DNA of 64,000 nucleotides from an uncultured Clostridium sp. (GTDB lineage Bacteria; Bacillota; Clostridia; TANB77; CAG-508): NCBI GenBank assembly GCA_964369695.1, contig CAYJGL010000001.1, positions 123,450 to 187,449 of the forward strand, read 5' to 3'. Shown piece by piece: positions 26,917 to 36,459 of this stretch (position 1 is its first letter; each line of letters starts with the position of its first letter). The notes under the pieces were generated by a model. It saw only the letters and a program-made list of their open reading frames with translations, ran no database searches and was not told where the DNA came from. The position numbers and the translations under genes were made by a program.

Positions 26917-27402
26917 TTATGACATCAATATTAATGCAGTTAAAATATCTTTTTTTGTCATAGGTTTGTAAACTCCATTTTGAACCCACCAAATATGATT
27001 ACAATCACAAGCATATTCTTTAATTCGTAAATCAACATGAAAAGCTCCTTTTAAAATTTTAGAATCGTGTTCTAAAGTTCTATCAGGATAAAATCCAACA
27101 CTACTAAAATACTTTAAACAAAGTATAAAAGCTTCAGCTAATGATCCTGTTGGAAATATATCAGCCGCCATAGCATATAAATTTCTACCTTCTGTAGGAG
27201 TATGCCAACTTTCATATTCGTGATTTACAAAATTAGGATTGTAAACTGCACCAGGAGATTCATCTATAATAAATTTTCCTTCATATTCATCGGACATTTC
27301 TCCTAATATGATAACTAAATCAGCACAAGTTAAATCTTCATTTCCCCAATTACAATTACTATCAAAGTGATTTGATATACGAATAGCTTCTGGTCCAAAC
27401 AT
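26917..27402 (-). CDS. Peptidase M15 (M15A/DUF882-type) zinc peptidoglycan peptidase, probably tail-associated
   Basis: SWHTPTEGRNLYAMAADIFP (S.H..G.A.D) and GAFHVDLR (HvD.R) fit the H-x-D...H zinc ligand pattern of M15 peptidases. Track start 27426 is TTG; ATG at 27402. Confidence 0.55.
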   Translation of the reverse strand: MFGPEAIRISNHFDSNCNWGNEDLTCADLVIILGEMSDEYEGKFIIDESPGAVYNPNFVNHEYESWHTPTEGRNLYAMAADIFPTGSLAEAFILCLKYFSSVGFYPDRTLEHDSKILKGAFHVDLRIKEYACDCNHIWWVQNGVYKPMTKKDILTALILMS

Positions 27403-27418
27403 AATTATATTATCCTTT

Positions 27419-28891
27419 TTAATCAATTATTATTGTTTTGGTTATAGTATCAGTACCTTTTGTATTTTTAATTATTAATGTAACAATATATTCCCCTTTA
27501 GAAATATATATGTGTTTAGGATTTTCTTCTAATGATTTTATATCATCCCCAAAATCCCAAGAATATGTAAGATATTGTCCTTGACTAGTATTTTTGCACA
27601 AAATTCTTTGATTTAACGAATCTATTTCATATTCGAAATTAGCAACAGGAGTACCTATATCAATATTTAATTGTTTATTAAAAGTGTTTATATTTCTATG
27701 TGAATCTTCAACAGTTAAAGAAACTTCATAAATACCATAGTTATCAAATATTGTTGTTGGATTTTGTTCTGTTGATGTTTTTCCATTTCCAAATTCCCAA
27801 AACCAAGATAATATACCACAAGATTCACTTTTATCTATAAAAGAAATATATTGTGGCAAAATACTCAAATGTGTATTATATTTTTCTTCGAAATTAACAG
27901 AAGGAGGTCCAGTATATGGTAATACTTCTATATAATCATTTTTTGTTAAAGTATATTCTCCAGTAGAATTATATGTAGTCAAAGATATATCATATAATCC
28001 TGTACTATCATATTCATGAGAAGTAAATTTTGAATCAGAAACATTTCCATCTCCAAAATCCCAATAACAACTATCTACACTTGCTTCTCCAATATATGAA
28101 AATTTAACTTCATTAGGAGCCCAAATTTTTAAAGGAGCTGCATTAAATTCTGAAGTTGGTTGTTGTGGGTTAATAGTGATATAATCTTCTTTTGTTTGTA
28201 TACTAATATCACCATTTAAATTTTTAATAGTTAAACTAACAGTATAAGTACCTTCTGATGAATATAAATGATAAGGATCTTTAATATAACTAAATTTATT
28301 ATCACCAAAATCCCAAATATATGAAATTATATCAGTTCCTTCACTTAATGACTTGAATTGAGTTTCTAATTTTCCATTACCTGTTGTTATAGTAGCTTCA
28401 AATTCTGATTTTGGTTTACTAAATTGTAAAACTTTAATAACATCTCTTTTTATAGTATATAATCTTCCAGATTTAGAATCCAAAACATCTAATTTAACAT
28501 CATATGTTCCAGGATTTTCATAAGTATGTTCAACTACTTCTCCCTTACCAATATGACCATCTCCAAAATCCCATAACCAATCACTCTCATCTATATTAAA
28601 ACAATTAGATTGAAAAGTAACAGACAATGGGTTAAATCCTAATACTTTATTTATTTTAAAATCAACTAATTGTGTATTGTTTTCTTTTAACATGATAAGT
28701 GTTGTTGAAACTTGATCTACATCAATTCCTCCTAAAAAGTTACAATGTTTACATATATAATATTTTTTAAAATCAGTATCTGATCTTAAAGGTAATAATT
28801 CATATAAAGGAAAATCACATTCTGGGCAAATTTTAATACTATCTATTAAACGGCAATCTTTTAGTTCTATATGTATCATAATATTATCCAT
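27419..28891 (-). CDS. Zinc-ribbon plus five PKD-domain repeat protein
   Basis: N-terminus CPECDF...CKHCNF. Five repeats with the PKD signature W(D/E)FG(D/N)G...H.Y...G.Y.V.L.V (for example WDFGDGHIGKGEVVEHTYENPGTYDVKLDV). Confidence 0.85.
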   Translation of the reverse strand: MDNIMIHIELKDCRLIDSIKICPECDFPLYELLPLRSDTDFKKYYICKHCNFLGGIDVDQVSTTLIMLKENNTQLVDFKINKVLGFNPLSVTFQSNCFNIDESDWLWDFGDGHIGKGEVVEHTYENPGTYDVKLDVLDSKSGRLYTIKRDVIKVLQFSKPKSEFEATITTGNGKLETQFKSLSEGTDIISYIWDFGDNKFSYIKDPYHLYSSEGTYTVSLTIKNLNGDISIQTKEDYITINPQQPTSEFNAAPLKIWAPNEVKFSYIGEASVDSCYWDFGDGNVSDSKFTSHEYDSTGLYDISLTTYNSTGEYTLTKNDYIEVLPYTGPPSVNFEEKYNTHLSILPQYISFIDKSESCGILSWFWEFGNGKTSTEQNPTTIFDNYGIYEVSLTVEDSHRNINTFNKQLNIDIGTPVANFEYEIDSLNQRILCKNTSQGQYLTYSWDFGDDIKSLEENPKHIYISKGEYIVTLIIKNTKGTDTITKTIIID

Positions 28892-29138
28892 CTAAAAATG
28901 TATTAGGTGAACATTGAACTTGACCATGTCCGCTAGTTACACCATCTCCACATGTTTGGCAATATCTATTATTAACGAACATAGTGTGTTTGCCTCTATT
29001 TTTTCCATATTTTTTAGGACAAGGTCTAATATCTCCATATCTTGCAACACGTTGACTATTAACAAATGTATTTGGGCTAGATGTTGAATTAGAATGACCT
29101 GCACTATCAACATCTGGCATGCGAACAATTCCTGGCAT
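28884..29138 (-). CDS. PAAR-domain tail-spike tip protein
   Basis: 84 aa. SSPNTFVNSQRVARYGDIRPCP and C-terminal CSPNTFLDG match the PAAR pattern (spnV.inG.paaR.GD...CP). Confidence 0.75.
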   Translation of the reverse strand: MPGIVRMPDVDSAGHSNSTSSPNTFVNSQRVARYGDIRPCPKKYGKNRGKHTMFVNNRYCQTCGDGVTSGHGQVQCSPNTFLDG

Positions 29139-29141
29139 AAC

Positions 29142-29735
29142 TCAACTTCCTTTTTCAAATATTAATAAATTATCTAATTGTATATTTTTGAATTTATTTT
29201 TTGATTTATTTTTAAATTCTAATATTTTATCATCATCATATTTAAATCCATATTTATCAAAATATGAAATATATTCTTCTTTAATAGTATAATCAATTAT
29301 ATTATTAAATAATAATATATTTTTAGAAACATGTCGTCTTATAAAATCCAAATATAAATTTCTTTGATGTTTGTCTTTATATTGAGTCATATTTATATTT
29401 ATTATATTTTCAAAAGAATTTATAATTAAAGCTGGACTCAATTCATCATAACACCTAAAATCTCTTTTAACTCGTTCATCTAAAAAATCATAAAAACATT
29501 CATGCGTATCGATTGATATTACTTTTCTAAAACAATCATATAAAGATCTAGAAACTATTCCATATCCAATATTTGTACATAAAAAATCACCTTTTGGAAA
29601 TATATTATCAATAACATGTCCTAATATTAAATAATCTTGATAATATAATATTTTCCAAGCATTAAATTCTTTTAGTTTTTTAGATTTTTCAGTACTCATA
29701 GAAGCAGGATGTTTCTTTATATCCTTTATATTCAT
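29142..29735 (-). CDS. Hypothetical protein (197 aa)
   Basis: ORF between the PAAR gene and the beta-rich small protein. A weak Rossmann-like string NIGYGIVS...VISID is insufficient for a call. Confidence 0.7.
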   Translation of the reverse strand: MNIKDIKKHPASMSTEKSKKLKEFNAWKILYYQDYLILGHVIDNIFPKGDFLCTNIGYGIVSRSLYDCFRKVISIDTHECFYDFLDERVKRDFRCYDELSPALIINSFENIININMTQYKDKHQRNLYLDFIRRHVSKNILLFNNIIDYTIKEEYISYFDKYGFKYDDDKILEFKNKSKNKFKNIQLDNLLIFEKGS

Positions 29736-30088
29736 TTTAACTTACCTTCTAATTCTAATATCTTATTATTCATATCAGTGAGTTGTTGTTTTAATTCAAA
29801 TATAGGAGAAACTACAGGATCTGCATCTATGGCATGCTTATAACTTAATGGATCAGACATTAGTTGTTTACATTTAAATGAATTAATCCACATATTAGAA
29901 TTTAAGGAATCGATATTTATATCTGAACCTTTAGATAATAGATTAATTTCACCAGTAGTTTCTATATTTAATTCACCATTTATTTCAAATTTAAAATCTT
30001 TAGGTAATGTTAATTTTAAAGTTTTAGTTGAAATATCTAAACTTACATTTATATCAGAAAATGCAAAAATCTCTATATCTTTATTCAT
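29732..30088 (-). CDS. Small beta-rich protein with C-terminal coiled coil (possible spike/needle component)
   Basis: 118 aa. FEINGELNIETTGEINLLSKGSDINIDS repeat-like beta segment, then LKQQLTDMNNKILELEGKLK. Function call rests on context only. Confidence 0.6.
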   Translation of the reverse strand: MNKDIEIFAFSDINVSLDISTKTLKLTLPKDFKFEINGELNIETTGEINLLSKGSDINIDSLNSNMWINSFKCKQLMSDPLSYKHAIDADPVVSPIFELKQQLTDMNNKILELEGKLK

Positions 30089-30306
30089 TTAGGACCTCTA
30101 TATTCTATTCCTTTTACAGCACAAATTAATCTATCAACAGTTCGACAATCTATCAAATAGTACCTTTTATCATCAATTATTTGTTCCCCATTCTCTTGAA
30201 TATCATCTATCATAAATAAAACTTGATGATATATTAAAGAATGCAATTCTGTTAATTTGGAACCTATTTTCAATCTTTTAGAAATAAGAGAATTATCTTC
30301 AGTCAT
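30085..30306 (-). CDS. Hypothetical small protein (73 aa)
   Basis: ATGA-type overlap with the downstream gene. Confidence 0.55.
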   Translation of the reverse strand: MTEDNSLISKRLKIGSKLTELHSLIYHQVLFMIDDIQENGEQIIDDKRYYLIDCRTVDRLICAVKGIEYRGPK

Positions 30307-30317
30307 GACATTTTACC

Positions 30318-31952
30318 TTAGACTTTAGAAATGTATTTTTCATTTCCCCATACAGTCAACAAGTCTTTTAAACCATCAATTATTGTAACACCAGTAGCTT
30401 CTGGTGAAGTTAATTCCATAGCTGTTCTAGATCTAACAAAAGTTCGTTTAATACTGTTTGTAACTTCTTCTACAATATATAATGGTTTGTATATAAAATT
30501 AACTAATGTAGTATATCTTAAATCTTCTTTATTTTCTGGTTTATAAATATGATATATTTTATTATCATCTATTGCTGGAGATGTTAAAACAATTTGACTA
30601 GCAAAAGATTTTTGATGAACAGTCATTCCATAAACATTATCAAATCCAACAACTCCATTTCTTTGGGTTGGCATAGTTATAGCAAATTCTTGAAGATTTT
30701 CTAATAATGCAGCTGTTTTAATCCCAGTTAATAAATATTGAGGAGAAGCTCTGTAATTTTGATAAATATATTTATTAACAATACTTATTCTAGGAACAAT
30801 TAATTGAAAAAATGTTGATATAAAACCAGGAGATAACCATCCAGAAGTATCTCTATATATTTGCAAATCAATATATTCATAATTTCTAAAAGATTTCATT
30901 TTACTTTCATTCGATTTTAATAAATATGAAATATCATGATCTCTATTTAATAATGTTTGGTTTTTAATAGCTAAACTCATTGTTTTTATTAGATCAACTT
31001 TATAAATATCTTCATATTCTTGAATTGTTTCTACATCTAATTCATATTCAAAATCTTCTTGAACATCTATATTCACATCCCAACCTTCGTTTTTGATACT
31101 GATTTTAACTCTACCAATATCCCCTCTTTTAGGACTGAAAACAACATTACTAATAACATATTCGCAAACATATTTATAATTATCTTTTCCATTTTCTAAA
31201 ATAATATTATATTGAATTACACCAGTATCCCAATTAATATTTCCTATTAAACTACAATTCAAAACATCATCATCATGTAAAATTTCTATTTCTTTGCTTA
31301 ATTGACCTCTTGCATCTGGTCTTAAACTAATTTGTTCTACAATATAGTCTTCTTCATTTTTATCATTTAAAAACTTAATATAAATTTCTTCTAATATAAA
31401 ATATCGTTTATTTATAGATGATAATTCTTTATTTATCTTATTAGGATAACCTTTGCTTAATTGAAATAAATTATTATGAGTTTTAGGCATTAATGATAAA
31501 GTTTCTGGAGAAGATCGTATCATATGTTGTGCTCTTGGGAATTTCCAAGTTTTCTCAGTACCATCGGAATTTTCCACTTTTGCTTGTAAACTCATATATG
31601 GAATGGTGATAATAGGTTTATTATAAGGATAATGAGTTATAGCTTTACCCAAAATATCATCAATATAAATATCACATAATATTGGAAAATATGAAACGGC
31701 ATAACCAATGGCTCCATTACTTTGAGATATATTACTCATATCTTCTAATAATAATTGTCTTTGTCTATCACATGTTTGTCGAGCTATTTGTTGATCTTCT
31801 TCCGAAATATTTTTTAATAAACTCGAAATATAATGATTATATTTATTATCATTTGTCAACATTTCAACAGCATATGATGGAGTTTTCATATCGGGATGAT
31901 TATCTATATAATTTTTATAATTTTCAAAAATAATATCAGTTATTCGTTTCAT
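30318..31952 (-). CDS. Hypothetical large structural-module protein (544 aa)
   Basis: Long ORF upstream of the PAAR module. No motif recognised. Confidence 0.85.
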   Translation of the reverse strand: MKRITDIIFENYKNYIDNHPDMKTPSYAVEMLTNDNKYNHYISSLLKNISEEDQQIARQTCDRQRQLLLEDMSNISQSNGAIGYAVSYFPILCDIYIDDILGKAITHYPYNKPIITIPYMSLQAKVENSDGTEKTWKFPRAQHMIRSSPETLSLMPKTHNNLFQLSKGYPNKINKELSSINKRYFILEEIYIKFLNDKNEEDYIVEQISLRPDARGQLSKEIEILHDDDVLNCSLIGNINWDTGVIQYNIILENGKDNYKYVCEYVISNVVFSPKRGDIGRVKISIKNEGWDVNIDVQEDFEYELDVETIQEYEDIYKVDLIKTMSLAIKNQTLLNRDHDISYLLKSNESKMKSFRNYEYIDLQIYRDTSGWLSPGFISTFFQLIVPRISIVNKYIYQNYRASPQYLLTGIKTAALLENLQEFAITMPTQRNGVVGFDNVYGMTVHQKSFASQIVLTSPAIDDNKIYHIYKPENKEDLRYTTLVNFIYKPLYIVEEVTNSIKRTFVRSRTAMELTSPEATGVTIIDGLKDLLTVWGNEKYISKV

Positions 31953-32212
31953 AAAACTTTCTCCATATGTTTTTTATTAAAAGCATCTATCGCTTTATTT
32001 CTATGATAATGATTTAAATGTTTTAATATATTTTTTCTTCTAGAAGTATGTCTTCTTAAATGTGGTCTGCCAAAAAATTTTAAACGAGTACCATGAGATT
32101 CTGGTAAAGTTCTAAGATATGATGATATACTTCTCGGCATAGGTAAACCATCAAAACGATCAGGATCAGAAGAATATTCTTCTAAATAATGGAAAACTAA
32201 ATTATTAATCAT
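31949..32212 (-). CDS. Tag-related small basic protein (MINNLVFHYLEE...)
   Basis: 87 aa. The first 7 residues are identical to the tag of the ORF at 32797; Arg/His-rich remainder. Confidence 0.65.
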   Translation of the reverse strand: MINNLVFHYLEEYSSDPDRFDGLPMPRSISSYLRTLPESHGTRLKFFGRPHLRRHTSRRKNILKHLNHYHRNKAIDAFNKKHMEKVL

Positions 32213-32221
32213 TATATTTTC

Positions 32222-32797
32222 CTAATTTATTTTAATAAGTTTATTATAAGGAATATTCTTACAATCAATAGCTAAATGAACAATATATTTATATAAAAGA
32301 CCATCGGTTTTCTTATTACTGTTCATTCTAGCATCTTTCACATATTCATTATAATTATCCTCTAAATTAGTCCAAGAAATTTGTTTAAAGTCTTTGCCTC
32401 TAACAAGTATTGGACTATTCAAACTATATTTTTTTAATATGTTTATATCAATAGCATAATTTGTATAATTTGGATTAGCATTATGAATTAATCGCATTTC
32501 ATTACCTGGGATAAATGACCAAAATATTGAATCTGCAGAAGTTGGTTTTCTTTTTGGACTATTATCTAAAAAATCAATAATATCGTCAATTATTATAGAA
32601 TTCTTTTTTTTATATAATTTAGTTCTATTTAAATAATTTGAATATGTTATTTTTTTAAATAATTCTGGATTTTCTTTTAATAATCCTCTAGGAGATAATA
32701 ATCCTAATTTTTCTACAGATTCAGAATTGTATGATATATGATATAAATATTTTTTATTATCATTATTAAATGATTCATAAACTAAATTATTAATCAT
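32222..32797 (-). CDS. N-terminally tagged protein (MINNLVYESF...), possible ADP-ribosyltransferase-like fold (weak)
   Basis: The track ORF (to 32941) overlaps the upstream gene by about 150 nt. ATG at 32797 gives the tag at the N-terminus and an ATGATTAA overlap with the upstream stop. Motifs YLYHISYNSESVEKLGLLSPRG and ADSIFWSFIPGNEM. Confidence 0.7.
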   Translation of the reverse strand: MINNLVYESFNNDNKKYLYHISYNSESVEKLGLLSPRGLLKENPELFKKITYSNYLNRTKLYKKKNSIIIDDIIDFLDNSPKRKPTSADSIFWSFIPGNEMRLIHNANPNYTNYAIDINILKKYSLNSPILVRGKDFKQISWTNLEDNYNEYVKDARMNSNKKTDGLLYKYIVHLAIDCKNIPYNKLIKIN

Positions 32798-33779
32798 CAG
32801 ACATATCTCCTCTATCATCTGGATTATTATTTGGAAATGTTGCACAGAATTCTTCCCAATTAAATATTTTAATATTTTCAGGAGGAGCCCATTGAACATC
32901 CATTTCAATATCATACAAACATTGAGGTTTATACTCATCATTTGATGCTAATATAAAATCAGTCCCATAAATAAGACCATTACCATCAATATCAATAGAA
33001 TGTAACCATTCTCCTAATAATCTTGTAGAAGGATAATTACAATCTATAATCTTTTTATTTGTAGTTGTTGTAATAGATGTTTTTTGTTTATATCCATATC
33101 TAGTTAACATATCAGACCAAGTTATTTGTTTTTCTGGTTTGATAGATAAATATTGATTTTCTATTTCTTTAAGTACTGTTGGTTTATCATTATCATCATC
33201 AGATACTATATAATCATATCCATAGATATATTGATCATTTTTTATAAATTTAACACCAGTTATGATTTCTTGAATTAATTTTCCTTCTAATGTTAACGGC
33301 AATTTTCTTTGTTCATAATATACAGAATCTAAATATGAATGGAAATCCATTATTTGCAAAACTCTAGAAGGAAAATAAATATTATGCATCGTTTCCAATT
33401 GTTGTTCTGCGTGAATTAAAGCTCTTGGTTTTTCAATATCATAATTACTAATTATAAAATCAATACCATATATTAAACCATTATTATCAACATCTTCTTC
33501 AGAATATAATTCCGTCAAAAGTAAATCAACAGGATTTAATCCAAAACAATTTGATGATTCTCCTGCTTTTGATTTTGATATATTTTCATAGGTATGAGAT
33601 GTAACATCATTCCATTGATGTAAATGAGAACGATGAATATGTTTTATATATTCATCGATCTCCTTTCTCATTTCAACAATTTCAGAAATAGCTGCAGAAA
33701 TTTTAATCCATTCATTTGAAGTCTGACACATTTCTGCAGCTATTTTATTGATTCCATCTAACATGTCTGAAAATGGCAT
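32790..33779 (-). CDS. EF-hand/dockerin-like loop repeat protein with His motif (family member 1)
   Basis: HIHRSHLHQW; loops DVDNNGLIYGID and DIDGNGLIYGTD (D-x-D-x-N-G-x-I-x-x-x-D) plus a degenerate third module. Paralogous to 41499-42047 and 42055-42513. Confidence 0.8.
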   Translation of the reverse strand: MPFSDMLDGINKIAAEMCQTSNEWIKISAAISEIVEMRKEIDEYIKHIHRSHLHQWNDVTSHTYENISKSKAGESSNCFGLNPVDLLLTELYSEEDVDNNGLIYGIDFIISNYDIEKPRALIHAEQQLETMHNIYFPSRVLQIMDFHSYLDSVYYEQRKLPLTLEGKLIQEIITGVKFIKNDQYIYGYDYIVSDDDNDKPTVLKEIENQYLSIKPEKQITWSDMLTRYGYKQKTSITTTTNKKIIDCNYPSTRLLGEWLHSIDIDGNGLIYGTDFILASNDEYKPQCLYDIEMDVQWAPPENIKIFNWEEFCATFPNNNPDDRGDMSDD

Positions 33780-33795
33780 AATAATATCCTATTAA

Positions 33796-34317
33796 TTATT
33801 TAAATATAGGAGATTGTTTATTAAAATATTTTATAATATTATTAATATTTTGTTGAATATTTTGAGATGAAGTATCTATCGTTATTTTAGATTTAGAAGG
33901 TTCCTCAAAACGAGAATCTATACCTGGGAAATTTTCAATTTCTCCATTCCTTGCTTTAGCATACATTCCACTCACATCTCTAGCTTCTGCTATCTCTAAT
34001 GGACATTTACAATATATCTCAAAATACATATGTTCATAATAATAACTAACATGTTCTTTAAGTTCTTTTCTTAAATCTTGATATGGAGTATTCATAGCAA
34101 CAATATGAAATTCTATATTAGTTTCCTGAGTTATTTGTTCTCCTATAGTCATAGTAAATTTTCTTACAAATTCTTCATCAAATTTATAATTATTATATTG
34201 TTCTCTAAAAGTAGATTCGTCCCAAAGTTTCTTAGAGGGATTATCAATTCTATTATATAATTCATTTGCGATTGTTGTTTTTCCAGAGCCAGGTCGTCCA
34301 TAAATCCAAATTACCAT
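33796..34317 (-). CDS. Adenylyl-sulfate (APS) kinase-like P-loop kinase
   Basis: VIWIYGRPGSGKTTIA (CysC: vlWfTGLSGSGKSTvA) and ARDVSGMYAKARNGEIENFPGIDSRFEEP (CysC: ARDpKGLYkKARaGEi.nFTGIDs.YE.P). The LDGD segment reads WDES. Confidence 0.7.
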   Translation of the reverse strand: MVIWIYGRPGSGKTTIANELYNRIDNPSKKLWDESTFREQYNNYKFDEEFVRKFTMTIGEQITQETNIEFHIVAMNTPYQDLRKELKEHVSYYYEHMYFEIYCKCPLEIAEARDVSGMYAKARNGEIENFPGIDSRFEEPSKSKITIDTSSQNIQQNINNIIKYFNKQSPIFK

Positions 34318-34330
34318 ATTAATTTCCTTT

Positions 34331-35680
34331 TTAGTTTGTATTAATCTTTTCGAAAATATAGAAATCTGAAAAAGAAGAATTGTGAGGATCTTTTAATTCA
34401 TCATAAGGATATTTATTTTTTATAAATTCTTTAAGTTTCCAATCATTTTTATGTTCAGATATCCATTTAGTAAATTCTCGATGCAGGACATGATTGGTAT
34501 GCTTTTGATCTTTATTCGAAGAATAAATCATAACATATCTTTTTGATGAATTAAATAATCTTTCCATATATTCATTAAATACATCATCTTCAATAAGATG
34601 AAATATAACATCAAACGAAATTGAAAGCTCTCTTTTTTGATCCTTAAATTGATCTATATGAAAGAACTTTTTTGTCTTATCATCTTTAAATTTATTTTTT
34701 AATTTATCTAATATAGTTCTTGAAACGTCAAATCCAACATAATCTTTAATTTTATATAATGAAAGATTATTACCATCTCCAGCTCCAAATTCTATAACAG
34801 ATTGTATGTTATGTTTATTGCAAAAATTGTTTAAAACATCAGCTTTAAATTCAGCTAATCTATTATATGATCCAGGCCCGGAATTACCTCCTCTTAAATA
34901 TCTAGTTTCCCAGAAATCAGCTGAACTTGACTTAGATTTTATTTTATCTAATAATCCATTATAGTGATTAAATAGAATTTTCAATGTTTTATCTGCACCA
35001 TCCGGTTTACTATTTATTCTCCATAATTTAAAACCTTTACTTTTAGCATTTGTATCTATAACCTGACTGTGTTCTGAAACAATTGAATTTGTCTTTGTAT
35101 TATTTTTTATTGCCATTACCCAAAACCAAAGATCATCCGACCAAGGAGCTAATTTAGTAAATGTTTCTTCATTAAATACATCATTATCAAAACAATGAGG
35201 AGGAAAAAGTACTCCCCCTCCTGTAGTTGGAGAATTTGTAAAAGATGGTTCTGTTTTAGTTTTTATAAGACGTGCAGATCCATATGGAGTCAAATTATTA
35301 TCTATAACATACATTTTAACACATCTATAAGCATGGATATATTCTGGATTTTCATTATATGCAATCAATAATTGTTCTAACCAGGTTTCTCGATATTTAA
35401 TATCATCATCTGCAGTAATGATAATATCATCTGGATATTTCAGTAATGCTGGAATTAATTTCTTGTAGGACTTAATATCATGATACCAATCTATTTCTAA
35501 TCCTTTATCCTGCAGTTGAAGTATAGAATCTGGTAGTTTCTTATCTGGAAATTGTTCTGGAGCAAGCCACAGAATTACCTTATCTGCTTTAACAGTTTGG
35601 TTCAGTAATGAATTTATGGATATATGAATTATATCCATTCTTTCCGGAAATGAAGTTAAAGAAATTATCACTTTAGACAC
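34331..35680 (-). CDS. Bifunctional glycosyltransferase (GT-A, DxD) / class I SAM methyltransferase fusion
   Basis: N-terminal half ISLTSFPERMDIIHISINSLLNQTVKADKVILWL...ADDDIKY. C-terminal half VIEFGAGDGNNL (SAM motif I). Probable start is GTG 35680 (GGAG 6 nt upstream; gives VSKVIISLTSF, parallel to MPKIIISLTSF of the paralog) rather than ATG 35719. Confidence 0.6.
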   Translation of the reverse strand: MSKVIISLTSFPERMDIIHISINSLLNQTVKADKVILWLAPEQFPDKKLPDSILQLQDKGLEIDWYHDIKSYKKLIPALLKYPDDIIITADDDIKYRETWLEQLLIAYNENPEYIHAYRCVKMYVIDNNLTPYGSARLIKTKTEPSFTNSPTTGGGVLFPPHCFDNDVFNEETFTKLAPWSDDLWFWVMAIKNNTKTNSIVSEHSQVIDTNAKSKGFKLWRINSKPDGADKTLKILFNHYNGLLDKIKSKSSSADFWETRYLRGGNSGPGSYNRLAEFKADVLNNFCNKHNIQSVIEFGAGDGNNLSLYKIKDYVGFDVSRTILDKLKNKFKDDKTKKFFHIDQFKDQKRELSISFDVIFHLIEDDVFNEYMERLFNSSKRYVMIYSSNKDQKHTNHVLHREFTKWISEHKNDWKLKEFIKNKYPYDELKDPHNSSFSDFYIFEKINTN

Positions 35681-36443
35681 GATTATCTCCTTTGCAAAAA
35701 TCAGAATATAATTTATCATACAAATTATAATAAGTTAATACGTTCTTTATTTGTTTATCATTTCCATCAGGTTTACTATTTATATCCCACAATTTAGGAC
35801 TATTTGTAGGAATAGGAGATATTTTGCTGTATTTTGAATTTGCCATTTTTATTTTTATATTATTTTTTAACATCATTGCCCAAAACCAAATATCATCTGC
35901 AGAAGGACATAATTTAGTAAATATATCTTCCTTAAATATTTCACTATCAAAACAATGTGGAGGAAAAAGAACTCCTCCACCAGTTGTTGGAAAATTTGTA
36001 AATGCTGGTGGAAAACTTGAATTCAGGAATTGCCATGAAGTATATGGAAGTAATTTATTAGATTCAGAAAATTTTACTTGACGAGCTCGATATGAATGAA
36101 TATAATGAAAATCATCTTTATGTGATTTGATTAAGTATTCGAGCCAATTTTCATTATAAACAATATCATCATCAGCAGTGACAATAATATCATCTGGATA
36201 TTTCAGTAATGCTGGAATTAACTTCTTATATGACTTAATATCATGGTACCAATCTATTTCTAATCCTTTATCCCGCAGTTGAAGTATAGAATCTGGTAGT
36301 TTCTTATCTGGAAATTGTTCTGGAGCAAGCCATAGAATTACTTTATCTGCTTTAACAGATTGATTCAGTAATGAGTTTATTGAAATTGGTAATATATCAA
36401 GCCGTTCCGGAAAAGATGTTAATGAAATTATAATTTTAGGCAT
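35673..36443 (-). CDS. Glycosyltransferase (GT-A, DxD), tandem paralog of the N-terminal half of 34331-35680
   Basis: KIIISLTSFPERLDILPISINSLLNQSVKADKVILWLAPEQFPDKKLPDSILQL...ADDDIVY. The 5' part is about 90 percent identical at nucleotide level to the neighbour. Confidence 0.6.
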   Translation of the reverse strand: MPKIIISLTSFPERLDILPISINSLLNQSVKADKVILWLAPEQFPDKKLPDSILQLRDKGLEIDWYHDIKSYKKLIPALLKYPDDIIVTADDDIVYNENWLEYLIKSHKDDFHYIHSYRARQVKFSESNKLLPYTSWQFLNSSFPPAFTNFPTTGGGVLFPPHCFDSEIFKEDIFTKLCPSADDIWFWAMMLKNNIKIKMANSKYSKISPIPTNSPKLWDINSKPDGNDKQIKNVLTYYNLYDKLYSDFCKGDNRV

Positions 36444-36459
36444 TGAAAAATTCCTTCTA

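Noticed and set aside
26415-26963. Track ORFs 26415-26660 (-), 26516-26722 (+) and 26700-26963 (+) in the GC-rich island.
   Set aside because: They have no SD and read through the hairpins and the terminator. They are antisense or out of frame relative to the two SD-preceded small ORFs (26476-26670, 26759-26863). GC-rich DNA is naturally poor in stop codons.
29142-29735. Rossmann-like string NIGYGIVSRSLYDCFRKVISID suggesting a methyltransferase.
   Set aside because: There is no GxGxG and no further SAM-MTase motifs. This is insufficient for a call.
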